IMG/VR virus record: IMGVR_UViG_3300040971_000013
From: an uncultured virus (IMG/VR IMGVR_UViG_3300040971_000013)
Lineage: Duplodnaviria > Heunggongvirae > Uroviricota > Caudoviricetes
Direction: 5' to 3' (one strand)
Length of the DNA: 64,000 nucleotides
Position 1 is the stretch's first letter. Each line of letters opens with the position of its first letter. The notes beneath the pieces were generated by a model, which saw nothing but the letters and a program-made list of their open reading frames with translations, was not told the DNA's origin and searched no databases. Positions 1 through 9,187 of the stretch are shown piece by piece. The translations under genes were made by a program, and so were the position numbers.

Positions 1-696
1 AGAGTCCAGATTACTAAAGAAACGGTGGACGAGGATCTGATCGGTGGGATGAAACTTGAAAACGGTAATACTGTCTGGCAAGACGGCCCTGTAATGATTG
101 CCTACAAATGTGGCGGAGTATTGCTTCTTGATGAATGTGATTTGAATAATGCTCTGATGATTTTGCAGCCGATCCTTGAATGCAAACCGTTCTATATCAA
201 GCAGACCGGTGAACTTGTACACCCCAAAGCAGGATTCACTGTATTTGCTACGGGTAACTCCAAAGGAACTGGAGAGGATTCACGATTCATTGGAACAACT
301 GTTCTGAATAGTGCATTCCGTGAAAGATTTGCGTTGATGCTTGAACAGGATCTTCCGCCGATCAATATTGAAAAACGGATCATCACTAAACTGATGAAAG
401 ACTGGAAGTTCTCGATTGAAAAGAATCTTTTGAATTCTTTCCTTAAATGGATCGATCTTTCAAGGAAGTCTTACGCTGACGGTAACATTGAAGATTATAT
501 TTCAACCCGTAGAGTGCAGCATATACTCCGTGCATATAAAATTACATCTGACTTCCGCAAGGCCTTAGATATGTCCCTGACGCTTTATGATAATGTTTCT
601 AAGGAAGCACTAATGTTGCTCTGGGATTCGGTGTATTCTGCTCAACCGGATACTGACGATCAGCCAGAAAAAGAAGATGATCGCCATCCTTTCTAA
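1..696 (+). CDS. MoxR/CobS-like AAA+ ATPase (5' truncated by window edge)
   Basis: WQDGP, Walker B LLLDE, FTVFATGN and SAFRERF motifs; frame open from base 1. Confidence 0.8.
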   Translation, partial: RVQITKETVDEDLIGGMKLENGNTVWQDGPVMIAYKCGGVLLLDECDLNNALMILQPILECKPFYIKQTGELVHPKAGFTVFATGNSKGTGEDSRFIGTTVLNSAFRERFALMLEQDLPPINIEKRIITKLMKDWKFSIEKNLLNSFLKWIDLSRKSYADGNIEDYISTRRVQHILRAYKITSDFRKALDMSLTLYDNVSKEALMLLWDSVYSAQPDTDDQPEKEDDRHPF

Positions 697-700
697 ATAG

Positions 701-729
701 TTGACAAACCCACAAAGTCTGTATATACT
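701..729 (+). promoter_or_regulatory. sigma70-type early promoter
   Basis: TTGACA(701-706)-N17-TATACT(724-729), followed by AAGGAG RBS. Confidence 0.8.
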
Positions 730-758
730 AATTTTTAACAAACAATAAGGAGTTCTAA

Positions 759-1433
759 ATGAAAATCTGTCCTGAAACACTTACACTTTTGAAACACTTT
801 TCTACTATCAATTCTGGCATCTCGATTGATCCGGGCAATAGGATCTTCTCGAAGTCTGAACTTGGCACCATGATTGCTGTAGCGACTGTAGCTGAAACAT
901 TTGATAAGCAGTTCGTTACAAGCTATCTTGCTAATTTCTTGGCTGCCGCTTCTCTGTATGACAATCCAGAATTCAGTTTCGAGTCGACTCACGTCTGTAT
1001 TGAATCTGATGATGGATCTCAGAAGACTAAGTTCTTTTACGGCAATCCAGATCTTGTCAATCAGAAGAACAAGCTTCCAAAGCCTCAGCCTGAAGTTGCT
1101 TTTAGTTTCACTCTGAACCGAGAAGCATATGCAAAGGTATTGAAAGCAGCAGCAACCCTTTCTGCTCCAGACATTTGTTTTAAAGCATCTGATGGAAAGA
1201 TCATGATTTCTGCATTTGATCGAAAGATTTCTACAAGCTCTTCCTTTGAATTGCATGTAGCTGATTGTGATCCTGAACTCGACTATTCATTTTGTTTCAA
1301 GAAGCAGTATCTCAACCTGATGAATTCTTTTACATATGAATGTTCGATCTCTACTACATGTCTTGCAGAATTCACTGCTGTAGATTCTCCTTTCTCCGAA
1401 CTTCGTTTCTTTACCGTTGCTGAACAAGTCTAA
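759..1433 (+). CDS. gp45: Sliding clamp (T4 gp45-like)
   Basis: N-terminus TLTLLKHFSTINSGI typical of gp45; 224 aa; synteny 45-44-62. Confidence 0.9.
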   Translation: MKICPETLTLLKHFSTINSGISIDPGNRIFSKSELGTMIAVATVAETFDKQFVTSYLANFLAAASLYDNPEFSFESTHVCIESDDGSQKTKFFYGNPDLVNQKNKLPKPQPEVAFSFTLNREAYAKVLKAAATLSAPDICFKASDGKIMISAFDRKISTSSSFELHVADCDPELDYSFCFKKQYLNLMNSFTYECSISTTCLAEFTAVDSPFSELRFFTVAEQV

Positions 1434-1436
1434 TAT

Positions 1437-1453
1437 GGGGCTTCGGCCCCTTT
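1437..1453 (+). terminator. Intrinsic terminator-like hairpin
   Basis: GGGGC-TTCG-GCCCC-TTT (UUCG tetraloop). Confidence 0.7.
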
Positions 1454-1465
1454 CTAGGAGAAACA

Positions 1466-2413
1466 ATGTCTGATATATTGAATTCGACATGGGTGGAGAA
1501 ATACAGACCTCATTCTATTGACGACTGTATCCTTCCATCTAGAATTAAAAATGCTTTTAAGTCATCAGTTGAATCAGGGAAGATTCAGAATCTATTGCTG
1601 ACAGGATGTCAAGGTGCAGGTAAAACCTCTATTGCACTAGCATTAGTTGATGACTTAGAAGCAGACTATCTGTTTATTGATGCAAGTACTGATGGCGGGA
1701 AGCAAATGATACAAGATTCAATTGTTCCATTTGCTTCCACAATATCAATGTCAAATGCAACAGTACCAAAGATTGTCATACTTGATGAAGCAGACGGACT
1801 GACTTCTGCTGCTCAGCTTTCATTGCGTCCGACTATTGAAAGGTATGCTGCTACAACACGATTTATCTTTACTGGTAACTATCCAGCCAAGTTTATCAAA
1901 GCTATCAAATCTCGGTGCGCTCATTTTGATTTCAATATCAGAAAAGAAGACAAGCCTGAGATGTTATCACAGTTTCATAAACGATGCTGTATGATTCTTG
2001 AAGATAATTCTATTCAGTACGACAAAAAAATACTTGCATTCTTTATCAATAAGTTCTTTCCAGACTATAGAAAAGTTATCAATGAACTTCAGTCATATGC
2101 TTCGTCTGTTGGTGTAATTGATGAAGGTATTCTTAGTATTGGGGATGATGAGATTGCTGCAGTATTATACCCACTAATTCTCAACCGAAAGTTTGAAGAT
2201 ACACGGAAATGGATTCAAGAGACCGCTAATTCTCCTGAAGATATATATGCCTCTCTGTTTTCTAATATGAAAGAACACGTTGAACCAAAGTTAATGCCAG
2301 CTTTTATTGTTATCCTTGCAGACTATCAGCATAAATCTGCTATGGTAGCAAATCAGAATCTCAATACCCTTGCTTGTCTGGTTGAAATGATGGGTGCTGT
2401 AAATGGCTCGTAA
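1466..2413 (+). CDS. gp44: Clamp loader large subunit (gp44-like)
   Basis: WVEKYRP, Walker A GCQGAGKT, ILDEAD, SRC motifs. Confidence 0.95.
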   Translation: MSDILNSTWVEKYRPHSIDDCILPSRIKNAFKSSVESGKIQNLLLTGCQGAGKTSIALALVDDLEADYLFIDASTDGGKQMIQDSIVPFASTISMSNATVPKIVILDEADGLTSAAQLSLRPTIERYAATTRFIFTGNYPAKFIKAIKSRCAHFDFNIRKEDKPEMLSQFHKRCCMILEDNSIQYDKKILAFFINKFFPDYRKVINELQSYASSVGVIDEGILSIGDDEIAAVLYPLILNRKFEDTRKWIQETANSPEDIYASLFSNMKEHVEPKLMPAFIVILADYQHKSAMVANQNLNTLACLVEMMGAVNGS

Positions 2414-2933
2414 GAAGAAAGAAGAATATGATGAGTTGGTTCCACATTCTCAGGTAGTAGAAATAGTGCCTGAGAATGAATCTACAGATCGTAAGGCTAT
2501 AGGGCTGTTTGATATTATCAACGACATATCAAGTCATTCTAATGTCATCTCAGAGCTTATAGAAACGGAAGGATTTCCAAAAGAATATTCAGCATTCATG
2601 ATAACTAAAGCATTTGGTAATTTTTATGATACTATACTTCTAGCTAATGAAATGAATTTGCGTCACTGGATTCCTAATGAAGCTCATTATCATTTTCTTT
2701 ATAATTCTGTTTATCCACGGAAGAGATTTTCCAAATGGTATAAACAGACTTCTGATGAAAATTTCTCTCACATCGCAAAGGTATTAAATATTTCAGAACG
2801 TGTACTGCGACTGATTTACAAAAACATTCCCAAGGAGTCTATTGATGCTATACTTGAATACAAAGACGGACAAGTCGAAACCAAAAAATCAGCCTCTACA
2901 AAAACAACCAAAAAGAAAAGCAAACGCTCTTAA
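2403..2933 (+). CDS. gp62: Clamp loader small subunit (gp62-like)
   Basis: LLANEMN...HFLYNSVYPRKRFSKWYK motif; synteny. Confidence 0.85.
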   Translation: MARKKKEEYDELVPHSQVVEIVPENESTDRKAIGLFDIINDISSHSNVISELIETEGFPKEYSAFMITKAFGNFYDTILLANEMNLRHWIPNEAHYHFLYNSVYPRKRFSKWYKQTSDENFSHIAKVLNISERVLRLIYKNIPKESIDAILEYKDGQVETKKSASTKTTKKKSKRS

Positions 2934-3678
2934 TGATTCAAAAAATATCAAGTTTAATGAAAAAGTAGTTGAAAAATCTAATGGTGAACACGTTACATTG
3001 TGGAGTTATTTTGTAACTACCAATATGGTTCAACTGCAGGATGACTATCCTCCGTTCCCTTCTACATGTGTTGATCTGTATTTGTATAATGAAATTCTTG
3101 ATGTAGAATTATACACTGAAGTATTTCATCTATTGCGGAATCTTGAAAAGCCAGATGAACTACATATTTACATTAACTCTCCAGGCGGTTCTGTAAATAC
3201 TACAGCTTCTTTCCTTGCTGTTATCAGTGAACTTCCTTGTATCATTGTGACTCATATTGACGGCGTTGCTGCATCTGCTGCATTCATCCTTGCTCTGACT
3301 GGTGATTATATTGAGATCGGGCCTTACTCTTCTTTAATGGCTCACAATTTCTCTCTTTCTACATTCCATACAGACGGAGCCAATTTGTCTAAATACTTGG
3401 ATTCTATGAAAGCTACTTATCGTGAGATGTTGTTTGAATATGGTACTAAAATTCTATCTGATGAAGAGATCAAAGGAATTCTTGACCATGGCCATGAACT
3501 ACATCTAACAGCAAAAGAAGCAAAGACGAGATTTGAAGCTTATATTGAACGGAAGAAAAAAGAATCTGAAGCAAAGACTAAAGTTAAACGTAAAACTATC
3601 AAAAAGAAACTTTGTTCAACTGATCTTCCACCAGAACAAGAAGATGCTCTCGTCAAGGATCTTGCTGAAGCAGTCTAA
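2842..3678 (+). CDS. ClpP-like serine peptidase (start uncertain)
   Basis: IYINSPGG, AASAA (catalytic Ser), LMAH (catalytic His). Confidence 0.75.
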   Translation: MMLYLNTKTDKSKPKNQPLQKQPKRKANALNDSKNIKFNEKVVEKSNGEHVTLWSYFVTTNMVQLQDDYPPFPSTCVDLYLYNEILDVELYTEVFHLLRNLEKPDELHIYINSPGGSVNTTASFLAVISELPCIIVTHIDGVAASAAFILALTGDYIEIGPYSSLMAHNFSLSTFHTDGANLSKYLDSMKATYREMLFEYGTKILSDEEIKGILDHGHELHLTAKEAKTRFEAYIERKKKESEAKTKVKRKTIKKKLCSTDLPPEQEDALVKDLAEAV

Positions 3679-3735
3679 TTGACAGACTAACGGTTTTGAT
3701 ATAGGATCTATTTTTATGGGTCCTATTTTTATTTT
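3679..3735 (+). promoter_or_regulatory. Promoter overlapping a terminator-like hairpin upstream of gp43
   Basis: TTGACA 3679-N17-TAGGAT 3702; stem ATAGGATCTAT/ATGGGTCCTAT 3701-3726 with T tail. Confidence 0.55.
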
Positions 3736-3750
3736 TAACATGGAGGACGA

Positions 3751-5361
3751 GTGCAGTATCTAAATGTATACCGAGGCAGACGTGGGCTATGTGTACGAGA
3801 ACACGATGGAAAAAAGGAGATTCGTAGAAAGGTATCATTTAAGCCTTCTCTCTATGCTAGATGTTCTGATGGATCAGCAGATTTCATGGATTTCTATGGT
3901 GGTCCAGTTCAGAAGATAACCTTTGAGTCTATGTATGAGATGAAAAACCATGTAAAAAATTATGGAGATATGCCCGGAGAGCTTTGGGGTAATACAAATC
4001 CAATCTATCAGTATATCTATGAGACATATAAAGACGAGCCGAATCCTAATAACGTCAATATTGCTTTCCTTGACATCGAAGTACTATCCAAACAACTGAT
4101 CAATGGTGAATGGGTTGATGGTGGCTTTCCGGTTGCATCTGAAGCAAAGTTCCCGGTCAATGCTATCTGTCAATATAACTCAAGTAAAAAACGATTTACA
4201 GTATACACAACTGCTCTATGGAATATCAATAAGTCTATTCTAAAATATAAGGATCTTGTTGATTATATCTACTGTAAATCAGAAGAAGAACTGATCGAAA
4301 AATGGATTGATGCCTGGGAATCTGATACACCTGCTATTCTAACTGGATGGAATGTTTTAAGTTTTGATGTTACATATATGATCAATAGAATAAAGATTGT
4401 CCTTGGCGAAGACGAAACAAAGCGTTTATCTCCTTGGGGAGTTATTGATTCTAGAGAAACAAAGAACAATTTTGGACAATCAGAAATCTCTTATTCTATC
4501 GCTGGTGTTGCTATCCTAGATTATATTGACCTCTACAAGAAATATCGCTATAAGCCTCGTGAAAAATATACTCTTTCCTTTATTGCTAAATGTGAACTGA
4601 AGGAAGATGAATACAAATTAGAATATGAAGGATCGTTGAATAATCTTTATTATGACAATCCAACATACTTTGTTGACTACAACATCAATGACGTATTCTT
4701 AATTACAAAGTTTGAAGAGACACTACAGTTCGTACAGATTGCGGTATTCCTAGCGTACTTTGCTGGTATTAACATTGAAGATTCATTCAGTCCAATTAGA
4801 ATATGGGATACACTGATCTATCGAGAATGTGAGAACCGTGGTATTGCTATTCCAATGGATAAAATGTCAGAAGCTGTTGAATATGAAGGCGCGTATGTCA
4901 TGGATCCTATTCCAGGATTAAAGAAATGTATTGTCAGCTTTGACCTAACCTCATTATATCCGTCTATTATGAGACAATGGGCTATTGGTAAGGATAAACA
5001 TATATCTGGATCCGCTCATATGGATCTGATGAATGGGTTGATAGAAGTACTGCAAAATGAACAAAATTCAAATGCTTCTCGACAAATTCTTACAGACATT
5101 CAACAAAAAGGTGGTTTTGGAGAATATTATATTGAAAATGACATTCCAGAGTGTATGTCTGAATATCTTAAAAAGAACAATGTGACTATGACTGTGAACA
5201 ATCAATTCTTTTCTATCGAAGGTGAATCTGTTTTTGCTTACTTGATTAACAAACTTTTCAAGGAACGTAAAGAAAACAAAAAAATGTCTCAGGATTATAA
5301 AAAGATGGCAAAAGAAGTAGACGAAGAATTGACACGGCGTGGATATGTTGATAAAAAGTAA
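3751..5361 (+). CDS. gp43: DNA polymerase B, part A (exonuclease + motif A + first finger helix)
   Basis: FLDIEV, TGWNVLSFD, YNINDV exonuclease motifs; SFDLTSLYPSI motif A; ends in the fingers; GTG start with GGAGG. Confidence 0.95.
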   Translation: MQYLNVYRGRRGLCVREHDGKKEIRRKVSFKPSLYARCSDGSADFMDFYGGPVQKITFESMYEMKNHVKNYGDMPGELWGNTNPIYQYIYETYKDEPNPNNVNIAFLDIEVLSKQLINGEWVDGGFPVASEAKFPVNAICQYNSSKKRFTVYTTALWNINKSILKYKDLVDYIYCKSEEELIEKWIDAWESDTPAILTGWNVLSFDVTYMINRIKIVLGEDETKRLSPWGVIDSRETKNNFGQSEISYSIAGVAILDYIDLYKKYRYKPREKYTLSFIAKCELKEDEYKLEYEGSLNNLYYDNPTYFVDYNINDVFLITKFEETLQFVQIAVFLAYFAGINIEDSFSPIRIWDTLIYRECENRGIAIPMDKMSEAVEYEGAYVMDPIPGLKKCIVSFDLTSLYPSIMRQWAIGKDKHISGSAHMDLMNGLIEVLQNEQNSNASRQILTDIQQKGGFGEYYIENDIPECMSEYLKKNNVTMTVNNQFFSIEGESVFAYLINKLFKERKENKKMSQDYKKMAKEVDEELTRRGYVDKK

Positions 5362-5375
5362 TCTGGAGGATACTA

Positions 5376-5482
5376 ATGGACCTAACTAATAAATCTATTG
5401 AAGAATTACTACAACTAAGAAAAGAACTGAAACAAAAATCTGAGATCTTTAACGTATTACAGTTGGTGAAAAAGATCGCCCT
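5376..5482 (+). CDS. gp43: DNA polymerase part B, exon 1 (not in ORF track)
   Basis: GGAGG RBS + ATG 5376; MDLTNKSIEELLQLRKELKQKSEIFNVLQLVKKIA(L), the first half of motif B. Confidence 0.88.
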
Positions 5483-5731
5483 TAACTAATGGGGGCCTGA
5501 TATGGTGACATATCAGTGATAACCGCGTGAAAACGGTGAACATCCAGAAATGGAAAATACCGTGCCAAGCCAGATATCTGGAAGGTGTAACGACTATGGG
5601 AGCGATCCCAGTAGAATCAAGTGATTCGAAGCGCGCGGCATGTCTATGTACATGAAGAGATAGTCTGATCTGGATAGTAATATTCAGCTGCGAAAGCGAG
5701 CGAAACTTAACGAACTTCGCTGAACACAATG
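5483..5731 (+). ncRNA. Group I intron (IA2-like), ORF-less, 249 nt
   Basis: P1 GCCCU|...GGGGC with U-G at the 5' splice site; P2 CTGATATG-GTGA-CATATCAG; P3 CCGCGTG/CGCGCGG; P4 ACGGT/ACCGT; P7 region GACTAT(5592)/ATAGTC(5660); P7.1 and P7.2 hairpins; terminal G5731; splicing restores KIALNSCYG. Confidence 0.92.
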
Positions 5732-6269
5732 CAATTCCTGTTATGGTGCAATCGGATCCAGATTCTTTAGATACTATACTCCTGCAATGGCAGAAGCTAT
5801 TACACTGTCAGGACAGATGATTATTAAGAAGTCTGGTAAAGAAACTAATGATTATGTTAACCGGCTTCTAAAGAATAAAGACTATAAAAACTATCTAGTG
5901 TATACGGATACGGATTCTGTTGTTGGAGATACTGAAATCTATAGCAATGGAGAAAAGAAAACTATTGAAGCTTTCTATGATTCTATTACAACAGATGAGC
6001 GTATCTTGGGAGAAGACAATTTTATCAAGAGCGTACATGGGTATGATACTCTGAGTGTTTTTGATTCAGAAGTAGTTGCAACCCCTATAGTATATGTTAT
6101 GAAACACAAAGTCAAGAAGAAGCTATATAAACTTAGTATTGGTAATAAAAGTGTAGTTATAACTGAAGATCATTCATTGGTGGTGATGAGATCTGGAGAA
6201 CTAATATCAATCAAACCAAAAGATATTGACCCAGCCGATGAATTACTATATCTAACAGGAAGTGTGTAG
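5732..6269 (+). CDS. gp43: DNA polymerase part B, exon 2 (motif B-C) fused to N-intein
   Basis: NSCYGAIGSRFFRYY...AEAITLSGQ...YTDTD, then the intein. Confidence 0.92.
5916..6266 (+). mobile_element. Split intein N-half (117 aa) at the Pol-c site
   Basis: Block A SVVGDTEI directly after YTDTD; block B ITEDHSL; ends at TAG. Confidence 0.9.
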
Positions 6270-7268
6270 ATGCAATTATTAAAAGGCAACAATTGGAGTC
6301 TTGAAGATCTTGGAGTAGTCGAAGAATGGGTTTATGATTTTGAAACAGAAAATCATATGTTTTTTGCTAATGATATTCTTGTACATAATTCTAACTATTT
6401 TGAATTATTCGACATTTTAGAAAAGTACTGTCCAAAAGACTATACTGCTGATCAAAAAACAGATTTCATGGACGCAGTCTGTAAACGAATAGAATCCCAA
6501 TGTCTTGCTCCTCTGTATGAAAAGATGCATAAAGAATTGAATTGTCATCCAGAAAACAAAGCTCTACATATGGACCGAGAAGTCATTGCTGTTGGAGCAG
6601 ACAAAACTGGAACATGTGGATTCTGGACTGGAAAGAAACGATATGCTCTATTAGTAAATGACATGGAAGACTATAGATATCCAGAACCAAAAATGAAGGT
6701 CATGGGACTAGCATCTATTCAGTCATCTACTCCGGAGATTTGTAGAAAAGATCTATCAGCCTCAGAAAAGATGTTGATTACTGAAGGCGTAGAAGCGGTT
6801 AGAACATATATTGAAGAAGTCTACACTCGGTTTATGTCTAAATCCCCTGAAGAAATAGCATTACCGAAATCTGTTTCAGACGTAGCAAAATATGTAGACC
6901 CTCAAACTGGTCTACCGTGGGTTGGTGAATGGTATGATCATAAAAATCAGAAGACACGAAACGGTGGTGTTCCAATTCAGAGTTCTGCTGCAGTCAATTA
7001 CAATTTTCTGATAAATAAATTTGGTCTATCAAAAAAATATCAGAAAATACTTGATGGAGATAAGATCAAATTCATTCACTTATATGACAATCCATATAGA
7101 TTCAAAGTGATTGGATTCAACGATGTTCTTCCAGAGGAATTCGGACTGCACAAATATATCAACTATGAGGCCCACTATGAAAAGGCTTTTCTGTCTCCTC
7201 TACGTGATATTCTAACAGCCTGTAGTCTCCAACTCGAAAAGACTGTCTCCATTGATGATTTCTTCTAG
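6270..7268 (+). CDS. gp43: C-intein (40 aa, 6270-6389) + DNA polymerase part C (palm end, thumb)
   Basis: VYDFETENHMFFANDILVHN|SNYF; MDRE, KKRYAL, KVMGL..QSSTP; C-terminal SIDDFF. Confidence 0.93.
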   Translation: MQLLKGNNWSLEDLGVVEEWVYDFETENHMFFANDILVHNSNYFELFDILEKYCPKDYTADQKTDFMDAVCKRIESQCLAPLYEKMHKELNCHPENKALHMDREVIAVGADKTGTCGFWTGKKRYALLVNDMEDYRYPEPKMKVMGLASIQSSTPEICRKDLSASEKMLITEGVEAVRTYIEEVYTRFMSKSPEEIALPKSVSDVAKYVDPQTGLPWVGEWYDHKNQKTRNGGVPIQSSAAVNYNFLINKFGLSKKYQKILDGDKIKFIHLYDNPYRFKVIGFNDVLPEEFGLHKYINYEAHYEKAFLSPLRDILTACSLQLEKTVSIDDFF

Positions 7269-7276
7269 GAGAATTC

Positions 7277-7468
7277 ATGAACGAGCTTTGTCCGTGCTAT
7301 TTGTGCAGGTATTTAAATCGAGACGTAAAGGGTTTATATGCTTGCACAAAAGATCCGCTAAACATTAGGTATGCAAGAAGAGATTACTATTATGAACTAT
7401 TGTCAGAATGTCCTCTAGGATTTATGTATTTTATTCAACCAGATAACAGAATTGCATTTACTCGTTGA
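7277..7468 (+). CDS. Small Cys-rich hypothetical protein
   Basis: AGGAG RBS; CPCYLC...C...CP. Confidence 0.5.
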   Translation: MNELCPCYLCRYLNRDVKGLYACTKDPLNIRYARRDYYYELLSECPLGFMYFIQPDNRIAFTR

Positions 7469-7516
7469 CATATCTAATTTTACTTGATATTGTCTAATAT
7501 TGATTTGGAGGCAAAT

Positions 7517-8191
7517 ATGATATTAGTTTGTGGAGATCTTCATGGAAGATGGGGAATATTGAATGCTCTAATCAACAAAAAACAACCAGAGATTATTCTG
7601 CAATGTGGGGATTTCGGTTTATATGAGAAATTTGGATGTTTCGTATCTGACATAAAACCTCATGACACAAAGATCTATTTCTGTGATGGAAACCATGAGA
7701 ACTTTGACATTCTAGACGATCTTCGGAACAAACATGGAAATGTTCCGATTGAATATGCTAGGAATATATTCTACTGTCCTCGTGGGTCTGTTCTAGAACT
7801 ACCTGATAAACGTAAAGTATTGTTTATGGGTGGTGCTGATTCTATTGATAAGAATTATAGAACTATTGGAGTAGATTGGTTCAAACAGGAAATCATCTCT
7901 CAATCAGATATAGATGGCCTTCCAGAAACAGATATCGATATTGTTATATCTCATACATGTCCGCTCTCTGTCCTTGGATATCTTAATGAAGCATGGGTCC
8001 GAGACATTAGACAAAGAGATCCGTCTGTAGTTGCTTTGGATATTGTCTATGAGAAATACAGACCGAAAGAATGGTACTTTGGACATTGGCACGTCTACAA
8101 GAAATTTAAACATGAACAAACAGTTTTTACTGCTCTATCTCATAATAGATCAGAACAACAATGGTGGGTAACTTTACAGGAGGATATTTAA
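7517..8191 (+). CDS. Calcineurin-like metallophosphoesterase
   Basis: GDLHG, GDFG, DGNHEN, SHTCP, FGHWH; ATG 7517 follows GGAGG. Confidence 0.9.
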   Translation: MILVCGDLHGRWGILNALINKKQPEIILQCGDFGLYEKFGCFVSDIKPHDTKIYFCDGNHENFDILDDLRNKHGNVPIEYARNIFYCPRGSVLELPDKRKVLFMGGADSIDKNYRTIGVDWFKQEIISQSDIDGLPETDIDIVISHTCPLSVLGYLNEAWVRDIRQRDPSVVALDIVYEKYRPKEWYFGHWHVYKKFKHEQTVFTALSHNRSEQQWWVTLQEDI

Positions 8192-9105
8192 TGTCTAAGT
8201 TAATGGAAAAGATTTTAAAGAACAGTACTACTAAACATGCTGCCATGCTTTATGATTCAGTTATGTTTAAGGATAAAGATATTATCTCAACTGATATTCC
8301 GGTTATAAATATTGCATTTTCCGGTGAATTAGATGGTGGGATCATTTCTGGTTTAACACTTCTTGCTGGTCCGTCTAAAGTTTTCAAATCTATGCTTGCG
8401 CTTGTTTGTGTAAAAGCATTTCTTGATAAGTATAAAGATGCAGTTTGTATTTTTTATGATTCAGAGGGTGGCATTACTCCTGACTATCTTTGTTCGTTAG
8501 GAATCGATCCAACACGAGTAGTACATATTCCGATTGAACATATAGAAATGTTGAAGTTTGATATTGTAAAACAGCTTCAAGAAGTAGATAGAAAGGATAA
8601 AGTTATTATTGTTATAGATTCTATAGGAAATACTGCGAGTCTAAAAGAACTTGAAGATGCTATCAATGAAAAGTCTGTTGCAGAAATGCAAAGAGCAAAG
8701 AGCATTAAAGGGTTGTTTAGAATGGTCACACCTTCTTTAGTAACAAAGGATATTCCCTGCATTGCGATATGCCATACATATCAAGAGATGGGTTTGTATC
8801 CCAAACAAATAATTTCTGGAGGTTGCCTTCTTCCAGGAACCAAAATTATTTTAGCCGACGGATCAACCAAAAATATAGAAGAAGTTGTTGTTGGTGATCA
8901 AGTAAAAACTTCTTCTGGTAGTTCTGACGTTTACGCTGTATGGAATCCAGATACATTGGAAGATGGAATTCCTGAATGTTATGAAATAGAACTAGAAGAC
9001 GGATATATCATTAGATGTTCTGAAAACCACAAGTTCTTAGTCAATGGAGAATGGATTTCAGCGAAAGATTTATCTATTGGAAATGACTTAGATACTGTAG
9101 TATAA
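8191..9105 (+). CDS. uvsX: UvsX recombinase N-part + N-intein (8824-9102, 93 aa)
   Basis: AGPSKVFKS, YDSEGG, IDSIGN; ISGG|CLLPGTKI block A; CSENHKF block B. Confidence 0.95.
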   Translation: MSKLMEKILKNSTTKHAAMLYDSVMFKDKDIISTDIPVINIAFSGELDGGIISGLTLLAGPSKVFKSMLALVCVKAFLDKYKDAVCIFYDSEGGITPDYLCSLGIDPTRVVHIPIEHIEMLKFDIVKQLQEVDRKDKVIIVIDSIGNTASLKELEDAINEKSVAEMQRAKSIKGLFRMVTPSLVTKDIPCIAICHTYQEMGLYPKQIISGGCLLPGTKIILADGSTKNIEEVVVGDQVKTSSGSSDVYAVWNPDTLEDGIPECYEIELEDGYIIRCSENHKFLVNGEWISAKDLSIGNDLDTVV

Positions 9106-9110
9106 TCGTG

Positions 9111-9149
9111 TCGTTCCAATAATTTATAAACATAATATTATTGGAACGA
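9111..9149 (+). promoter_or_regulatory. 13-bp hairpin with a late-promoter-like TATAAACA in the loop
   Basis: TCGTTCCAATAAT / ATTATTGGAACGA perfect inverted repeat. Confidence 0.65.
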
Positions 9150-9187
9150 TAAGAATTTGATTGAATCATTGATATAGGAGATTAAAA

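Noticed and set aside
5457..5729. Minus-strand 90-aa ORF
   Set aside because: It is the antisense shadow of the group I intron.
5787..5789. ATG 5787 as the start of polymerase part B
   Set aside because: Conserved motif B residues lie upstream in frame and join exon 1 after splicing.
6267..6272. TAG recoding or read-through making the Pol intein contiguous
   Set aside because: TAG ends many genes normally here, an AGGAAG precedes ATG 6270, and other abutting stop-ATG pairs exist (15186/15187, 52234/52235). Low-level read-through cannot be excluded.
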